Positions 26,651-39,326 of a stretch of DNA of 64,000 nucleotides are shown in pieces (the first letter of the stretch is position 1; each line of letters begins with the position of its first letter). Origin of the DNA: Octopus vulgaris (taxonomy: Eukaryota). The notes under the pieces were generated by a model. That model was not told where the DNA came from, did no database searches, and saw only the letters and a list, made by a program, of their open reading frames with translations. The stretch is taken from positions 33,790,001-33,854,000 of the forward strand of contig OX597814.1 of assembly GCA_951406725.2 (NCBI GenBank), read 5' to 3'. The position numbers and the translations under genes were made by a program.

Positions 26651-26941
26651 GAAACTATTAGCGCCATTGCATTACCATATGGTAGCAAAAAGTTTGAAAT
26701 ACAAAGAGATGTCTAAGCACTTTATTTCTAGAGTGGGAGCCAGACATTTTAGATGCATTACTATCTGAACTAAAAGTAATTTACTCAGACCATTGCCGTA
26801 ACTATACAGCAATAATGTCCCTTAATGTCAAGTGCAGTGAGCCTCAGGAGAAGGCAGTTTTTGTATTCAGTTTAAACCCTTTGCTCAGAATTCAAATCCT
26901 ACCAATATTTTTATCCTTTGAAAGAATAAATATCAGTAATG

Positions 26942-27372
26942 TGTAACAGGATCTGGAATCGGTATCACTGGAGGGGTGTCCAATCCGATCCCGTCACATT
27001 CAATTTAGTTAAATATAAAAGACGAAGTCAGGCTATCTAGGAAAGACAGCAAATGTTGTTTATTACTCGTGATGATGTAGATCTGGTGTACATATTTCTG
27101 AGGGGAACTGACAGCCGAATCTGTTGTACTGCTTCTTGTTGGTTGGTCGAAGTGATTCGATGTGGTCCGCTGCTAAGTCGGTGCGTAGTCCTCAGAGACT
27201 GCCAATACACGTCTGTTCACGAGGGCTGCTAGGGCCAGAGAGGCTGAGTGAGTGGACCGTGTTTTAGGGATCAGTTTCCCGCACATGTGCATGGGGAAGA
27301 CTTCCGGTGGCCACCCGGAAGTAGTCCCATTCTGCGCATGCGCGCTGAACCTTACACAGCAGCATCACTACA
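26942..27372 (-). mobile_element. Solo LTR (431 bp), probably Gypsy/Ty3-type
   Basis: TGTA...TACA termini, 4-bp TSD AATG (26938-26941, 27373-27376), CpG-rich interior, AATAAA on the minus strand near 27060. Confidence 0.72.
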
Positions 27373-28598
27373 AATGTATTATGATCTATATTATTTGGAC
27401 TAGCGTCCTCATCTTGACTGGTGCTTTCTCTACATTTTGGTTTTGTATGCTCTAGTTTTTTCAGGTGTCTTGTGGCAACCACAAAATGCATCAAATACAC
27501 ATTGTAGAGAGGTTGGCAAATGAACAGTTTGAGATGTGTTGATCTGTTAGTCAAGCACGACAGTGCTAGTTCCATAATAAAATGTATTCAGTACACATTG
27601 AGTACAAGTGGCTAGTGATAAGAAGGGTATCCCACTGCAGAAACTGAAATAATTGCACAAGATGTGGTCATCTAACTGTCTACAAAGCAAATGTAATGAT
27701 ACTCATGAATGAAACCCTTAGCATTGCTAATCAATATGCAATGAACAAGGGACAGGCCCATTGAAAACTCATTGCTAATGTTATAGCACATAAATTGCAA
27801 AATAAGCATCTTATTTGACCAACCACCCAGTAGAGTAGACACTAGTCTGACAAATGTAAATAGTGTACATAGTATAAATTCCTTGTCTTAAAAATATAGA
27901 ATTGTGTCCGTTATGTACTGGTGGTATCTTAATCAACTATTCTGTTTCTATTATATAACTTTGTACCTTTTGCTAGCATTTATTAGTATTGTCATATTTA
28001 CCACTCGGTCTTTTGGATTAGCTTGGACCACACGTCTGAAGGAAATTATTGCTTAACTGCTGTTGAACCTCAATGTTAAAAATAACTTTTCAACCGTCCA
28101 GTTCTATTTCTTTGCTTTAACTCTTTCATTACCAACCCGGCTCTGACTCTTTAGTATAAATGTCTTGTTTTCATAAGTTTTGAATTAAAATCTTCCACCA
28201 AATCTTAGTTAAAATTTATGTTCCTAACACTGGCTTAATGATAACAAAGTTAATTTACTAAATTCTTTGTTATATTTAAAATAATTGAAAGAAACACAGA
28301 GCATCTCAAAATAAATACAGTAATGAAAGGGTTAATCCTTCATTTACTGTATTTATTTTGAGATGTTGTGTTCCTTTCAATTAACTTTAGATATAACAAA
28401 GAATTTAGTAAAATAACTTAGTCACAATTCATATTCTTAACTCTAGCTTAATTATAACTCTATCTTATGAAAACAACACATTTATACTAGAGCCAGAGGT
28501 GGCTTCATCCAGGTTGATATTGAAAGGGTAAAAGATGCTTTTTTTTTTTTCTTTTTCGTTTTTGTTTTCATTCCTTTTCCATTAAATTCTTTTCAAAG

Positions 28599-28728
28599 AT
28601 GTATTTAAGAGGAAAGAAGAATCGAGTGACAGCTCCAACAAATATGAATTCAGCTTCATCACGCTCTCATACATTGCTGTTAGTAGAAGTGGAAGGACAA
28701 AATGTAATAACAAATACAAGAACAAAAG
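28599..28728 (+). CDS. Kinesin-14 switch I exon
   Basis: MYLRGKKNRVTAPTNMNSASSRSH...TRTK(G); the weak GTTTCC donor is required by phase. Confidence 0.93.
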
Positions 28729-28757
28729 GTTTCCACATAACTTTATTTTATTTTAAA

Positions 28758-29128
28758 CTAGCAGTATCACCCGGCGTTGCTCGGGTTTGTAAGGGAAATA
28801 ACTATATAAGCATTTTTAGAGATGTAAAGTATAATAGCCATCTCATTATGGCTAACCACAAAGGGGGGTTGTTACTGTAGCTTTTTACGTTCTGAGATTT
28901 AATAATAAATTTTTAGAGAGTTACTTCCCTTATATATGCCAAAAATGGGGAAAATTGATGGTAATTTTTTTTTTAAAGCGTAGACGCGCGCTAATACCCA
29001 GAAGGACTTGATATGAATCACGACTATAAGATACCTGCTTTTGGTTAAACTGCACCGCAAAATGTGGGAGTAGTTAGGAATCTAAATCATAGGAGACAGA
29101 CAGCACACCTCACTTTTATATATAAAGA
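28758..29128 (-). mobile_element. Non-autonomous Helitron
   Basis: Minus strand begins TC and ends CTAG, preceded by a CCCGAGCAACGCCGGG hairpin; inserted at A|T with no TSD. Confidence 0.8.
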
Positions 29129-29725
29129 TATATACTCTTTTATTTGTTTCAGTTATTTGACTGCGGCCATGCTGGAGCACTACCGTTAGTCTTCTTACAG
29201 TTTCTGTCTACCAAATCTACTCGCAAAGCTTTAGTCAACCTAGGACTATAGACAACACTTGCCCAAGGTATTACATGGCCAGACTGACGTCAGAACCATG
29301 GAAAGCAAACAGCTTAACCACATGGCCAAGCCAATATTTTGTACTTGCCTACAAATTTTTAGCAACACGTTTAGTTGTGAAATTGGTGACTTTAGTTCAC
29401 CACTTATTTGCAGCCCCTTTGACAAGTTTATATTTGTAACAGGAAAATGTCTATCACTCATCTTGATTTCATATTTCATCATTTTTATTTAAATAAATGT
29501 CTTACATTGGTGAAATAAACCTCAGAGATGTTTTGCTCCATGCAGAAACTGCAGGAGCTACTTGGGGGTTTTGCAAACTCTTCTAGATCCTTTGCAATGT
29601 AGGAAAACCTTTCTATATTGTCAGCAGGTGTATCCAAGTCACAAGCTGCCTGAGTGGTGCAGTGAGGATTGAACCAGTCTTCACTTGTGGAAGGATTCCA
29701 CTGGTCTCTTAGCAACCATAGCCAT

Positions 29726-30027
29726 TATTTACATTTGGCGAACATTTGTGCTCATCTTGTTTGTTAACACATTTCGGCTGATATACCTTCCAGCCTTCAT
29801 CAGATGTCTTAGGGAAATTTTGAACCTGGGCTCCCATTCCTAAGGTATTTTTCGATGGCGGTATTATTATTCTTCAGGGTACTGCTTGGAATTGAACTCG
29901 GAATCTTGGGGTTAGTAGCTCGTGCTCTTAACCACTATGCCAAGCCAAAACGTGTTAACAACAAACAAGATGAGGAAAATATGTCCAAATGTAAACAATT
30001 CCTCATCTCTTAAATATAGAACTGCAG
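29726..30027. mobile_element. tRNA-head/hammerhead-tail retroposon, second copy with inverted architecture
   Basis: Minus full copy 29726-29942 plus a plus-strand tail 29943-30024; perfect 12-bp TSD AACCATAGCCAT at 29714-29725 and 30028-30039. Confidence 0.78.
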
Positions 30028-30196
30028 AACCATAGCCATGTTGAGCTGGTTTCAGCTTGTGTGCCAGTCTCTTTGGTGGCTTGATTTAGATTAGTTTTTG
30101 TATTTGTAATGCTAACAATGTAATTTTTAATTGAAAAGCTGAAGGAAAAATAAAAAAAAACACAAATTAATCTAAAATTTTGTCACTTCTTTTCAG

Positions 30197-30394
30197 GCAA
30201 GCTGTATTTAATTGATTTGGCAGGATCAGAAAATGTCGTAAAGTCAGGAGTAGATGGTCAGCAGCTGAAAGAAGCTGGATTCATTAATAAATCTTTGAGT
30301 ACCTTTTGTGACGTTCTTAATGCCATAATAATGAAGAAACCACACATACCATTTCGTAATTCAAAGCTGACTCATCTCCTCCAGGATTCTTTAG
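30197..30394 (+). CDS. Kinesin-14 switch II exon
   Basis: [11 protein letters not shown]...INKSL...[17 protein letters not shown](G); CAG/GTAAGC. Confidence 0.97.
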
Positions 30395-32751
30395 GTAAGC
30401 ATTGTACTGTCTGTCATGCTTTAGCTTCTCATAACCTGGTACAAATCCATTCAGTACACTTTAAGTGGTTGTTATTAGAAAGGGCATTCAGTCATAGAAA
30501 CCATAGCTTAATGAAATCATCTTGTTTGCCCAAACTGTCCAACCCTTGTTGGCACAATACACAGATGTTAAATACTCTTTTACTTGTTTCAGTCATTTGA
30601 CTGCGGCCATGCTGGAGCACCGCCTTTAATCGAGCAACTTGACCCCGGGACTTATTCTTTTGTAAGCCCAGTACTTATTCTATTGTCTCTTTTTACCGAA
30701 CCGCTAAGTGACAGGGACGTAAACACACCAGCATCGGTTGTCAAGCAATGCTAGGGGGACAAACAGACACACAAACAAATATATATATATATACATATAT
30801 ACGACAGGCTTCTTTCAGTTTCCGTCTACCAAATCCACTCACAAGGCATTGGTCGGCCCAGGGCTATAGCAGAAGACACTTGCCCAAGATGCCACGCAGT
30901 GGGACTGAACCCGGAACCATGTGGTTGGTTAGCAAGCTACTTACCACACAGCCACTCCTACATGGTTTGCATATGAAAATTTCAGTGACTTTAGCTATTA
31001 AGTTGTATGTCATCCTTCTTGATTGAGCAGGCCTATGATCAGACATTCCAGTCACAATCATATCTTTCTTCCCAGTCTAGTAAAGCCTACAAAAATCATG
31101 CATGGCTGCCAGGCCTGTTAAGTGCATACCCTGCATGTTTTAAGACTCAACAATTTCATACATGTTAACCCTTTAGCATTTTATTTATTTCGCTATTGTA
31201 TTTGGTTTGCAAGATTCTTTATATGAATTCGTGTTTTGAAGCATATTTTATTGTCTGAGGAGTCATTCTCTTTTAGTGCCTTATTGCAAAAGATGCAATG
31301 AAAATTTTAGTAAAAATGAGTGGAAATCAGACCAGTGAGTGTATCAAATTATTAACCATGTCTTGTTTTCATAAGTTTTGAAGAATTAAAATCTTCCACC
31401 AAACCTTAGTCACAATTTATGTTCCTAACACTAGCTTAACCCTTTTGTTACTGTATTTATTTTGAGAATCTCTGTTTCTTTCAATTACTTTAAATATAAC
31501 GATGATGATGATGATGATGACAAAAAAATTAGTAAAATAACTTAGTTATCATTCAGCTAGTGTTAGGAACATAAATTGTGACTATGGTTTGATGAAAGAT
31601 TTTAATTCAAAGTTTATGAAAACAAGACATTTGTGCTCAAAGCAAGAGCGAGTTTCAGCCGGGTTGGTAATGAAAGGGTTAATGATAACTAAGTTATTTT
31701 ACTAAATTCTGTTATATTTTAAAATAGTTGAAAGAAACACAGAGCATCTCATAATAAATCCAGTAACGAAAGGGCTAAGGCACTAAGAGAATGACTCTCC
31801 CCAGACAAATTTTATTCATTGTTTTGAATTAACCATACATTATCCCATACTTCTGATATTTCAGTGATGCAATTGTTTATTTTTAGAATGACATTGTAGG
31901 GTAGGTGTGATAAGCCAGATCTTCCAATTTGAAATTGAAACTGGTAGAATATTTGGGCCAGACATGGCTAGTTTTAAAGGGTTAACTACCAAGATAATAA
32001 AAAAACAAAATTGCTGTTATCAACATGAATGCTTTTATATCACTAGTTCTGTTATAACAGATTCCATGTATTGAAGTAAACTTTTGCTCCAACTTCTCAA
32101 TATAAGGCAAAGATTTGCCTTATATCACGGTTTCTTTCGATGATAAAAAATTGAAGACACTAAAGAGTATTTTCATGAATATGCCTGTATGTATATATAC
32201 ACACAATGGGCTTCTTTCAGTTTCCATCTACCAAATCAACTCACAAGGCTATAGTAGAAGACACTTGCCCAAGGTGCCACAGTGGGACTGAACCCAGAAC
32301 CGTGTGGTTGGTAAGCAAGCTACTTACCACACAGCCACTCCTGTTTCTTTCGATGATAAAAGAATAACTGATCATAGATATTATTCTCACTATATTTGAT
32401 ACAGCTGATTGCATTGAACAAAACAGTAGCTTAACCCTCTAGTGTTCGCATTATTCTGCCAAAATCAATCCTTTTTCATCCAAATTGTTTTAAATTAATC
32501 CTGCATTATCTTGTAGCTTTGAGATTTTGATGAAGTAACTATTCATTTTTAAAATCATATAGTAGGGCTGGTGTGAGAGGCCAGATCTGGCCAATTTGAA
32601 CACAAAACAAGGGAGAATATTTTGGCCGGATATGGCCGGTTCAAACTTTTCATTTGAATTCATCCTTTCTTTCTCGCCCACATTGTGCAGTTTGTACACA
32701 CACACACACATATATATACAGAGCTTATGTATTGTTTTGTTGCTGCAACAG

Positions 32752-32957
32752 GTGGAAACAGTAAAACCTTACTCATAACTCAAGTATCTCCAAGTATGTT
32801 GCATCTCACTGAGACGCTTCGCACATTGCAATTTGCACAAAGGCTGCAGTCTATGCAGATTGGTGACACTCCGATAAGGTCAAGAGAAAAAGTAAACAAC
32901 ACAGAAAACAATGGCATGGAAAATGAAACAACTGAATTAAAGACACCAAATGCTGAA
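32752..32957 (+). CDS. Kinesin-14 exon at the end of the motor domain
   Basis: GGNSKTLLITQVSP...ETLRTLQFAQR...; CAG/GTAAGT. Confidence 0.95.
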
Positions 32958-33823
32958 GTAAGTTTTTTTCTTTACATTTAGTAGTTCTTGTCTTGAAATT
33001 CCTTTACACATTTCACCCCTAAGGCTGTGGCAATGCCAGAAACTGAAAGGCCTATATGACTGTATTCTTCTCAAGACCACATGATGGTTACAAATGAGCA
33101 TCATTATCATCGCTTAACGCCCACTTTCCTGGCTAGTATGGATTGGACGGTTTGACAGGACTGGTGAACCAGATGGCTGACAAGGCTCCAATCTTGATCT
33201 GGCAGTTTCTACAGCTGGATGCCCTTCCTAATGCCAACCACTCCGAGAGTGTAGTGGGTGCTTTTACGTGCCACCGGCACAAGGGCCAGTCAGGCGGTGC
33301 TGGCAAATGGTGTTTTTTTTTTACATGCCACCTGCACTGGCAATGACCTCACTCGAATGTTTTTTTCACGTGCCAGTAAGGCGACGCTGGTAACGATCAC
33401 GCTCGAATGGTGCTTTTTATATGCCACTGGCATGGAAGCCAGTTAGCCGTTCTGGCAACAATCATGCTCAGATGGTGCTCTTAGCGCTCCACTAGCATGG
33501 ATGCCAGTCATCGAATTTATTTCCAATCTTCCATAAAAATGTCTAGCTATAAGAAAATATTATCTTGCTTGGAATGGGAGAGGTTTGGTGACAGGAAAGG
33601 CATCTGACCATTGAATGTCTGCTTTACACATTGCATGGGAAGTGGACATTAAAATGAATACTAATTTTAATATTTGTATGCTGTGGTTTGATTTCCATCT
33701 CCTTGGTTTAAACTTATTTCATTTTGCTAAATCATGAAATATGAACTGAATTTTCAGTAGCTTTTACGAATTTAATTTGGTTTCCAGATAATCAAATTGT
33801 CATTTTTTTTTCTTTTTCCCCAG

Positions 33824-33943
33824 AGGTCAAGAGAATCTGGTCAGCTCCAACCAAGATTTGCAAGCTTGCATACAGTCAGCACACCAAGAGTTTCAAATGG
33901 AAAATTCAAAAAAAGAAATATTGCCAAACAGTACCGACAGTAA
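33824..33943 (+). CDS. Kinesin-14 terminal coding exon
   Basis: Strong polypyrimidine tract with CAG acceptor; RSRESGQLQPRF...KQYRQ* (TAA 33941-33943); AATAAA at 34106-34111. Confidence 0.82.
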   Translation, partial: RSRESGQLQPRFASLHTVSTPRVSNGKFKKRNIAKQYRQ

Positions 33944-34105
33944 ATCATTTCAATTGAATATCAATTTATATCGTGTAAATTTATTTTAATTTTAGAGTTA
34001 TTCAAAATTTCCAATCATTACATACCTTTTATCAGTTGTATATTGAGTGAAATAACGTAAAACACTCATTTTGTTTTGTTTTTTAATTTTTCTGTAAATA
34101 TTTAG

Positions 34106-34111
34106 AATAAA
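34106..34111 (+). terminator. Probable polyadenylation signal of the kinesin gene
   Basis: AATAAA about 160 nt after the stop codon, followed by T-rich sequence. Confidence 0.55.
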
Positions 34112-34141
34112 GAATCAAAATACCTTTTTTTCCATTTAACC

Positions 34142-34376
34142 CAGTAGTTCTCAACTAGGATCTATATAACAAAATAGTAACTTAGGGATCCACAATATGG
34201 CCCTTGAAAAAAAGTTTGCTTTAGATGTATTGCATGAAACATCTAACCTACACAAAATATGAATTTTGATAGTTTCTATAAAATTAGTTTTTAAACGTTG
34301 AATGGCTATGGGAGTCCACCAGAATAAAATAGTAATCAAAGGGGTCTGTAGGTTAGAAAATGGTTTAGAACCACTG
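34142..34376. mobile_element. hAT-type MITE at the left end of the piggyBac
   Basis: CAGTAGTTCT...AGAACCACTG ends; 8-bp TSD ATT(T/C)AACC at 34134-34141 and 34377-34384. Confidence 0.8.
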
Positions 34377-34382
34377 ATTCAA

Positions 34383-36971
34383 CCCTTTCCTTACCAACCT
34401 GCTTGAAACCACCAGAAAATTCTCGTCTAGGTTACCAATCTACTCAAGATAACATTTTTAAAAATTTTACTCCCTGTAATATCTGAGTTGTCAGATTTTG
34501 GCTTCATTTTATAAATTGGTGCTTTCGTTACTAACCCGGCCGTAAAATTTTTTGGTTTATGTTACTAAGCCGGCCATGAGAAGCTATTGTTATTTAAATG
34601 TAACTTTGAACCCAAATCTCATTGGTACACTCGTTAAAACACGTGATTTCACTCTGCTAACAGTTGAGTTATTGTATCCGACATTGTTTGGCATGATATT
34701 TGAACTCTGCGAATTTTTGGAGATTTTTTTCCACGTTTTTATCAACGGAAATTTTTTTCAACTTTCAAAATGGAGAGCAGTTTTATGCTATCAAGCAGTG
34801 ACTCCGAATTTGAAGGTTTTTCAACAGAAGATATGGAGATTTCAAGGAGAAGAACGTATGAAGCAGAAAAGCACGTGGTGGATGAATTTGAATCGGATAT
34901 TTCAGTATCCGAAAGCGATTCATCAGAAACTGAAAGCAGCGACACAAACAAGGATAAATTTACACCAGAATGGAGTAACAATTTAAAAAAGTGTCGATTA
35001 ACGATTTTTCTGAGACGGGGTCTACCCATAGTCTTTCTCAGGAAGCGAGACCAATAGACCTTTTTTTTTTCCTGTATGCTTGTTTGAAGCTATAACTGCA
35101 GAGACAAACTGTTACGCAGAAAGTAAACAAGCTTGAAAAAAAGATAGCTTGTGGTACCCAACAACCGTAGAAGAAATGCAGGCATTTTTTTGCCATAAAT
35201 ATTATGGGCAGAATTACTGGAGCAATCAGGAACTTTTTGGAGATCAGTATGTTTCCAGTATTATAACCCGAATACGATTTGTGAAACTGAGCCAGTATTT
35301 ATATGTGAGAGACACTAGCAGTACCCCCGTACATGGAGAACCAAACTTTGATCCCTTATTTAAAATAAGACCCCTCATTGATGGTGTTCAAAATGCCTAC
35401 AAAAAATTTTACAACCCTGGAACGTATTTATCCATCGATGAGGGTATGGTGGGCTATAAAGGCCGAGTACGTTTTCGGCAGTATATGCCAGGAAAGCCCA
35501 CAAAATGGATCAAAGTTTGGAAAATATGTGAAGCAAATAGTGGGTACTGCTGTGGATTTAACTTCTATACAGGGAAAAGAGACAATTATGTAAGTCAGCA
35601 TGGCCTAGGGTACGATGTGGTCTGGAATTTATCACTTCCATACCATAACCAGGGCCATATATTATTTTTTGACTGATTTTTCAGTTCGGTCAAACTTGCG
35701 GAGGATTTAGAAGCTGTGGCAACGTATACGTGTTCTACAGTAATTGCTAGTAGAAAAGGGGCTGCTGTTGGATATAAAAAAAGCAAAATTAAAAAAAAGA
35801 GGTGAAATAATCAATGGCAGAAAGAAAATCTGCTAGCGACTGGATACAGAGATAAGAGGCAGATAAATTTTCTATCTACCAGTGCACAACCATGTGTAGA
35901 TGAAAATGGCACTCCGTTTGTGAACCTTGATTATAACAAGTACATGGGCAGTGTGGATTGGCTGAACCAGATGATGAGTTATTATCCGGTCTACCAACCG
36001 GGTAATAAATGGTGGCGATACCTGGTTTGGTATATAATAAACATGAGCATTGTAAATGCATTTATATTATATACCAAATCAGGAGGGGGTTCGCAAGCGG
36101 TGCGACCATCTGCAGTTCCGGGCAGATGTAGCAACGAAGTTGAGGGCAGGATATTCCGAGTTCAGCCGATCTACATAAATTAGAAAAAAATCGGGTGTCG
36201 CAAAAGGCAGTGCCGTGAATGTGTACATCAAAAAAGAAAAACTCCCAGTGGACGGCCAGTTGAAACGTCCTTCCAATGTGCATTCCGCAAGGTTGCAGTA
36301 TGTAGAGTGGGATGTTTTACAACTTTCCATGATAGAAATATAATGTAAATATTGTTTGTATATATGTATAATTAGATTGTATAAATATTTTTCAAATTTA
36401 CTCAGTTTTAACTTTTTATTTTAATTTGCCTGTAAGGTGAGTGACAAGTTTTGATTTAATTTCTATTGTAAATCTTTATTATATATGTTCCTGTGTATTC
36501 ATGTATGTGAGTATATTTCATTCAGTTGTATTTAATTTTCTAGTTTTCTTCAAAAACAAATTCTAATATTTCAGTTTATTCTACCTTTATGGTACACCTG
36601 TTCTTCTGTGCATTAAATTCAACTGATAATCTAGTGATGTGCACAATTCTTCTACATCAAAATTTTGTTGCATACTTCAATTAAATATTAGCTGAGGATT
36701 GATTTTCTATGGTAATGTTTAAACAAAATTTTAATATTTTTACCTTTTGCTCAGTTTACCTGGATTTACCTGTAATTAGTCACTTTGAGACAAAAATTAT
36801 GCAATGGAATTGATTAAGAACCCTTTCTTCAATTATGTTCCAAATATCACATTAATATGTTAAGTAAAAAAGTTATAGTTGTTTAATGAAACTAGTCTAA
36901 ATTCATGATTATTTTAGAATTTAATTGAAACTCATGAGGGATGTTTTTTGGTCAGAAATATAACGAAAGGG
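34383..36971 (+). mobile_element. Full-length decayed piggyBac transposon (~2.6 kb)
   Basis: TIRs CCCTTTCCTTA / TAACGAAAGGG followed by TTAA; contains transposase remnants. Confidence 0.9.
34770..36340 (+). pseudogene. piggyBac (PGBD4-like) transposase pseudogene
   Basis: Acidic N-terminus, DPLFKIRPLID, SIDEGMVGYKGR..RQYMPGKP, HILFFD*FFSSV, DYNKYMGSVD..Q..KWWR, Cys-rich end; several frameshifts and stops. Confidence 0.92.
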
Positions 36972-37623
36972 TTAAAGAACAGCACCAATTTATAAAATGA
37001 TGCTTTCTTACAAGGTGTACTAAGGAATTATGTAGTAATTTTCAATTCATAGTTGTCCAAGAAAAAAAAAAACTAGACCAAATTTAGCTTAAATGTATGA
37101 GAGTGGGGAAAGTTCTATTCTCTATTCTGATATAATTTTTTTAGTATAGCATAAATAGAAAAGACCTTTGATTTGTCACAATGTCTAATGAGAAAATGTA
37201 TAAGCTTCTTTTTGACATTGTGCTAAGTTTCTTTTCAAAACAATCTAAGGTACTCTGTAGCTAAAGTTAAACATTTTTTTGGTTTGGTTCCACTGTACAG
37301 TACTTTGGGTATCTTTTATGGAATCTGTCATATACACGTGTGTGTTTCGAATTCTATGCTCATCACCAGTTCAACAAAGCTGCAATGATGACACTATGCC
37401 CAGTGTAATGGAATTTTTTAAGGTATCTGAAATAAATCCCTTACTTGAAAACAAGAGTTGTCAACAAGAGCACCTGGCTAGGAAATTCTGACTCAAACAC
37501 GCCAACAACCTTGAGATTATGTTGCATCAATACTTTCATCAGGAACATGTTTTAATGATAAAAAGACAAATCATTAACAATAGCAATCACAGCTACCCAT
37601 TTAATCACTTAGGAAAATTTATA

Positions 37624-37648
37624 TTGGATTATCCAGAAAGTTCATGCT

Positions 37649-37681
<33 letters not shown>

Positions 37682-38165
37682 GAAAGAAAAAGGTCAATAA
37701 ATACTTGCCATTACATTTTTAATCAACCAAATACGAACCATTTTGTTGCACAATGCGTCTCCATCTTTCCTTTAACTTGAAACTACCCTCTTCCCAGAAT
37801 TGTGCAAAGTATCTTTTTATGTCATCCAAGGAATTGAAATTTTTACCATTCTGCAGAGATCTGAATAAGTGGAAATCCGAAGGAGCAATATCTGGTGAAT
37901 ATGGAGGGTGGGCTAACACATCCCAGCCAAGCTGCAGCAATTTTTTGTCTGGATCCCAAAAATGAACTTTCTTATCTTCCATTTTTAAAGGGTTACAGAA
38001 TTAACACAGGTTATACGAACAGAAACCTTGTTCCTTGAAAAGACAGCTTAAACTAAGCTCTAAATGGAGGTGTAATCAAATCCTATTTTATGGACTCAAC
38101 CATGTTCTAAAATAGGTCGAAAGGTAGGCTACTATAAATCAGCGCAAACTTTCCGGACAACCCAA
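37624..38165 (-). mobile_element. Internally deleted mariner (Tc1/mariner) element
   Basis: TA-flanked TIRs TTGGATTATCCAGAAAGTT / AACTTTCCGGACAACCCAA; retains the HPPYSPDIAPSDFHLFRSL motif. Confidence 0.9.
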
Positions 38166-38339
38166 TACATCTAACATCCTCAGATGGAGAAATTTTCATC
38201 AGCAAATTTTGCTAATTTTTCTATAGAGGAAGGGATCAATTTTGTAATAAAATCCTGGTGCTGATATAATTCTTTACCATTTTAAGGTTGAAAGCACTCT
38301 GGATTAGGGCATAATCCACCAAATGAAATTAAGTTCATA

Positions 38340-38530
38340 GACATATTACCATTTATGCTTGCTTCACTTTTGATATCAATCTGCATGAGATTGTCACAGA
38401 GTTAATTTATTTAAAACAGGTTATTTTACCAAATTCTCCATAACTGAAACAAAAGCCATGTATTCCAACAAAAACATTGTAGCAAAAGGGTTGGTGTCAA
38501 CCAGTGATTATATTTTACCACACAGAAAAA
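38340..38530. repeat. ~190-bp sequence duplicated at ~41257-41445 (direct orientation)
   Basis: ATATTACCATTTATGCTTGCTTCAC...TTTACCACACAGAAAAA occurs at both sites with scattered substitutions. Confidence 0.85.
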
Positions 38531-39290
38531 TCTAAATATGAATAGGTACCCTTTTTAAATATTTGACTGGCACCCGGCAGATGCCAGGACCCCTGGACTG
38601 GTGGTACGTAAAAAGCACTATCCGCTTCGACTGGCTTCCATGCCGGTGGCACGGAAATTGCACCAATCCGACCGTGGCCGTTGCCAGCCTCGCCTGGCAC
38701 GTAAAAAGCACCCACTACACTCACGGAGTGGTTGGCGTTAGGAAGGGCATCCAGCTGTAGAAACATTGCCAGATAAGACTGGAGCCTGGTGTAGCCTTCT
38801 GGCTTCCCAGATCCCCAGTCGAACCGTCCAACCCATGCTAGCATGGAGAACGGACGTTAAACGATGATGATGATTAGGAACTTAATTGATATAGACACCC
38901 TGCTACTTTGAAAGCTGTGTATGGTCTTCACTTAAATTAGTTTTGCTATTTAGTTGGATAGTTTGGCATAGTGGCTGTGTGGTTAAGAAGTTTGTTTCCC
39001 AACCACATGGTTCTGTGTTCAAACTCACTACATAATATCTTGGGTGTCATAACCAGCCATGAAAAAAAAAAAAAAAAAATCAGCAATCACTTGGATTGAG
39101 TCCATGAAAAACTTTATCCAATCAAAAAACAGGATTTGAAAGCAGTTATGTCAATAGTAAACACTAGTGTGAAGGAGAAGTAGAAAACAAGTTTTTTCTG
39201 CTTCAAGGCAGTGAGCTGGCAGAAACGTTAGCAGTATTTCGTCTGCTGCTGCATTCTGAGTTCATCCTTTCGGGGTTGATTATATAAGTA

Positions 39291-39326
<36 letters not shown>

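Noticed and set aside
37385-37491. ATGATGA...CTGA as a C/D snoRNA
   Set aside because: No terminal stem or recognisable guide; such motifs are expected by chance.
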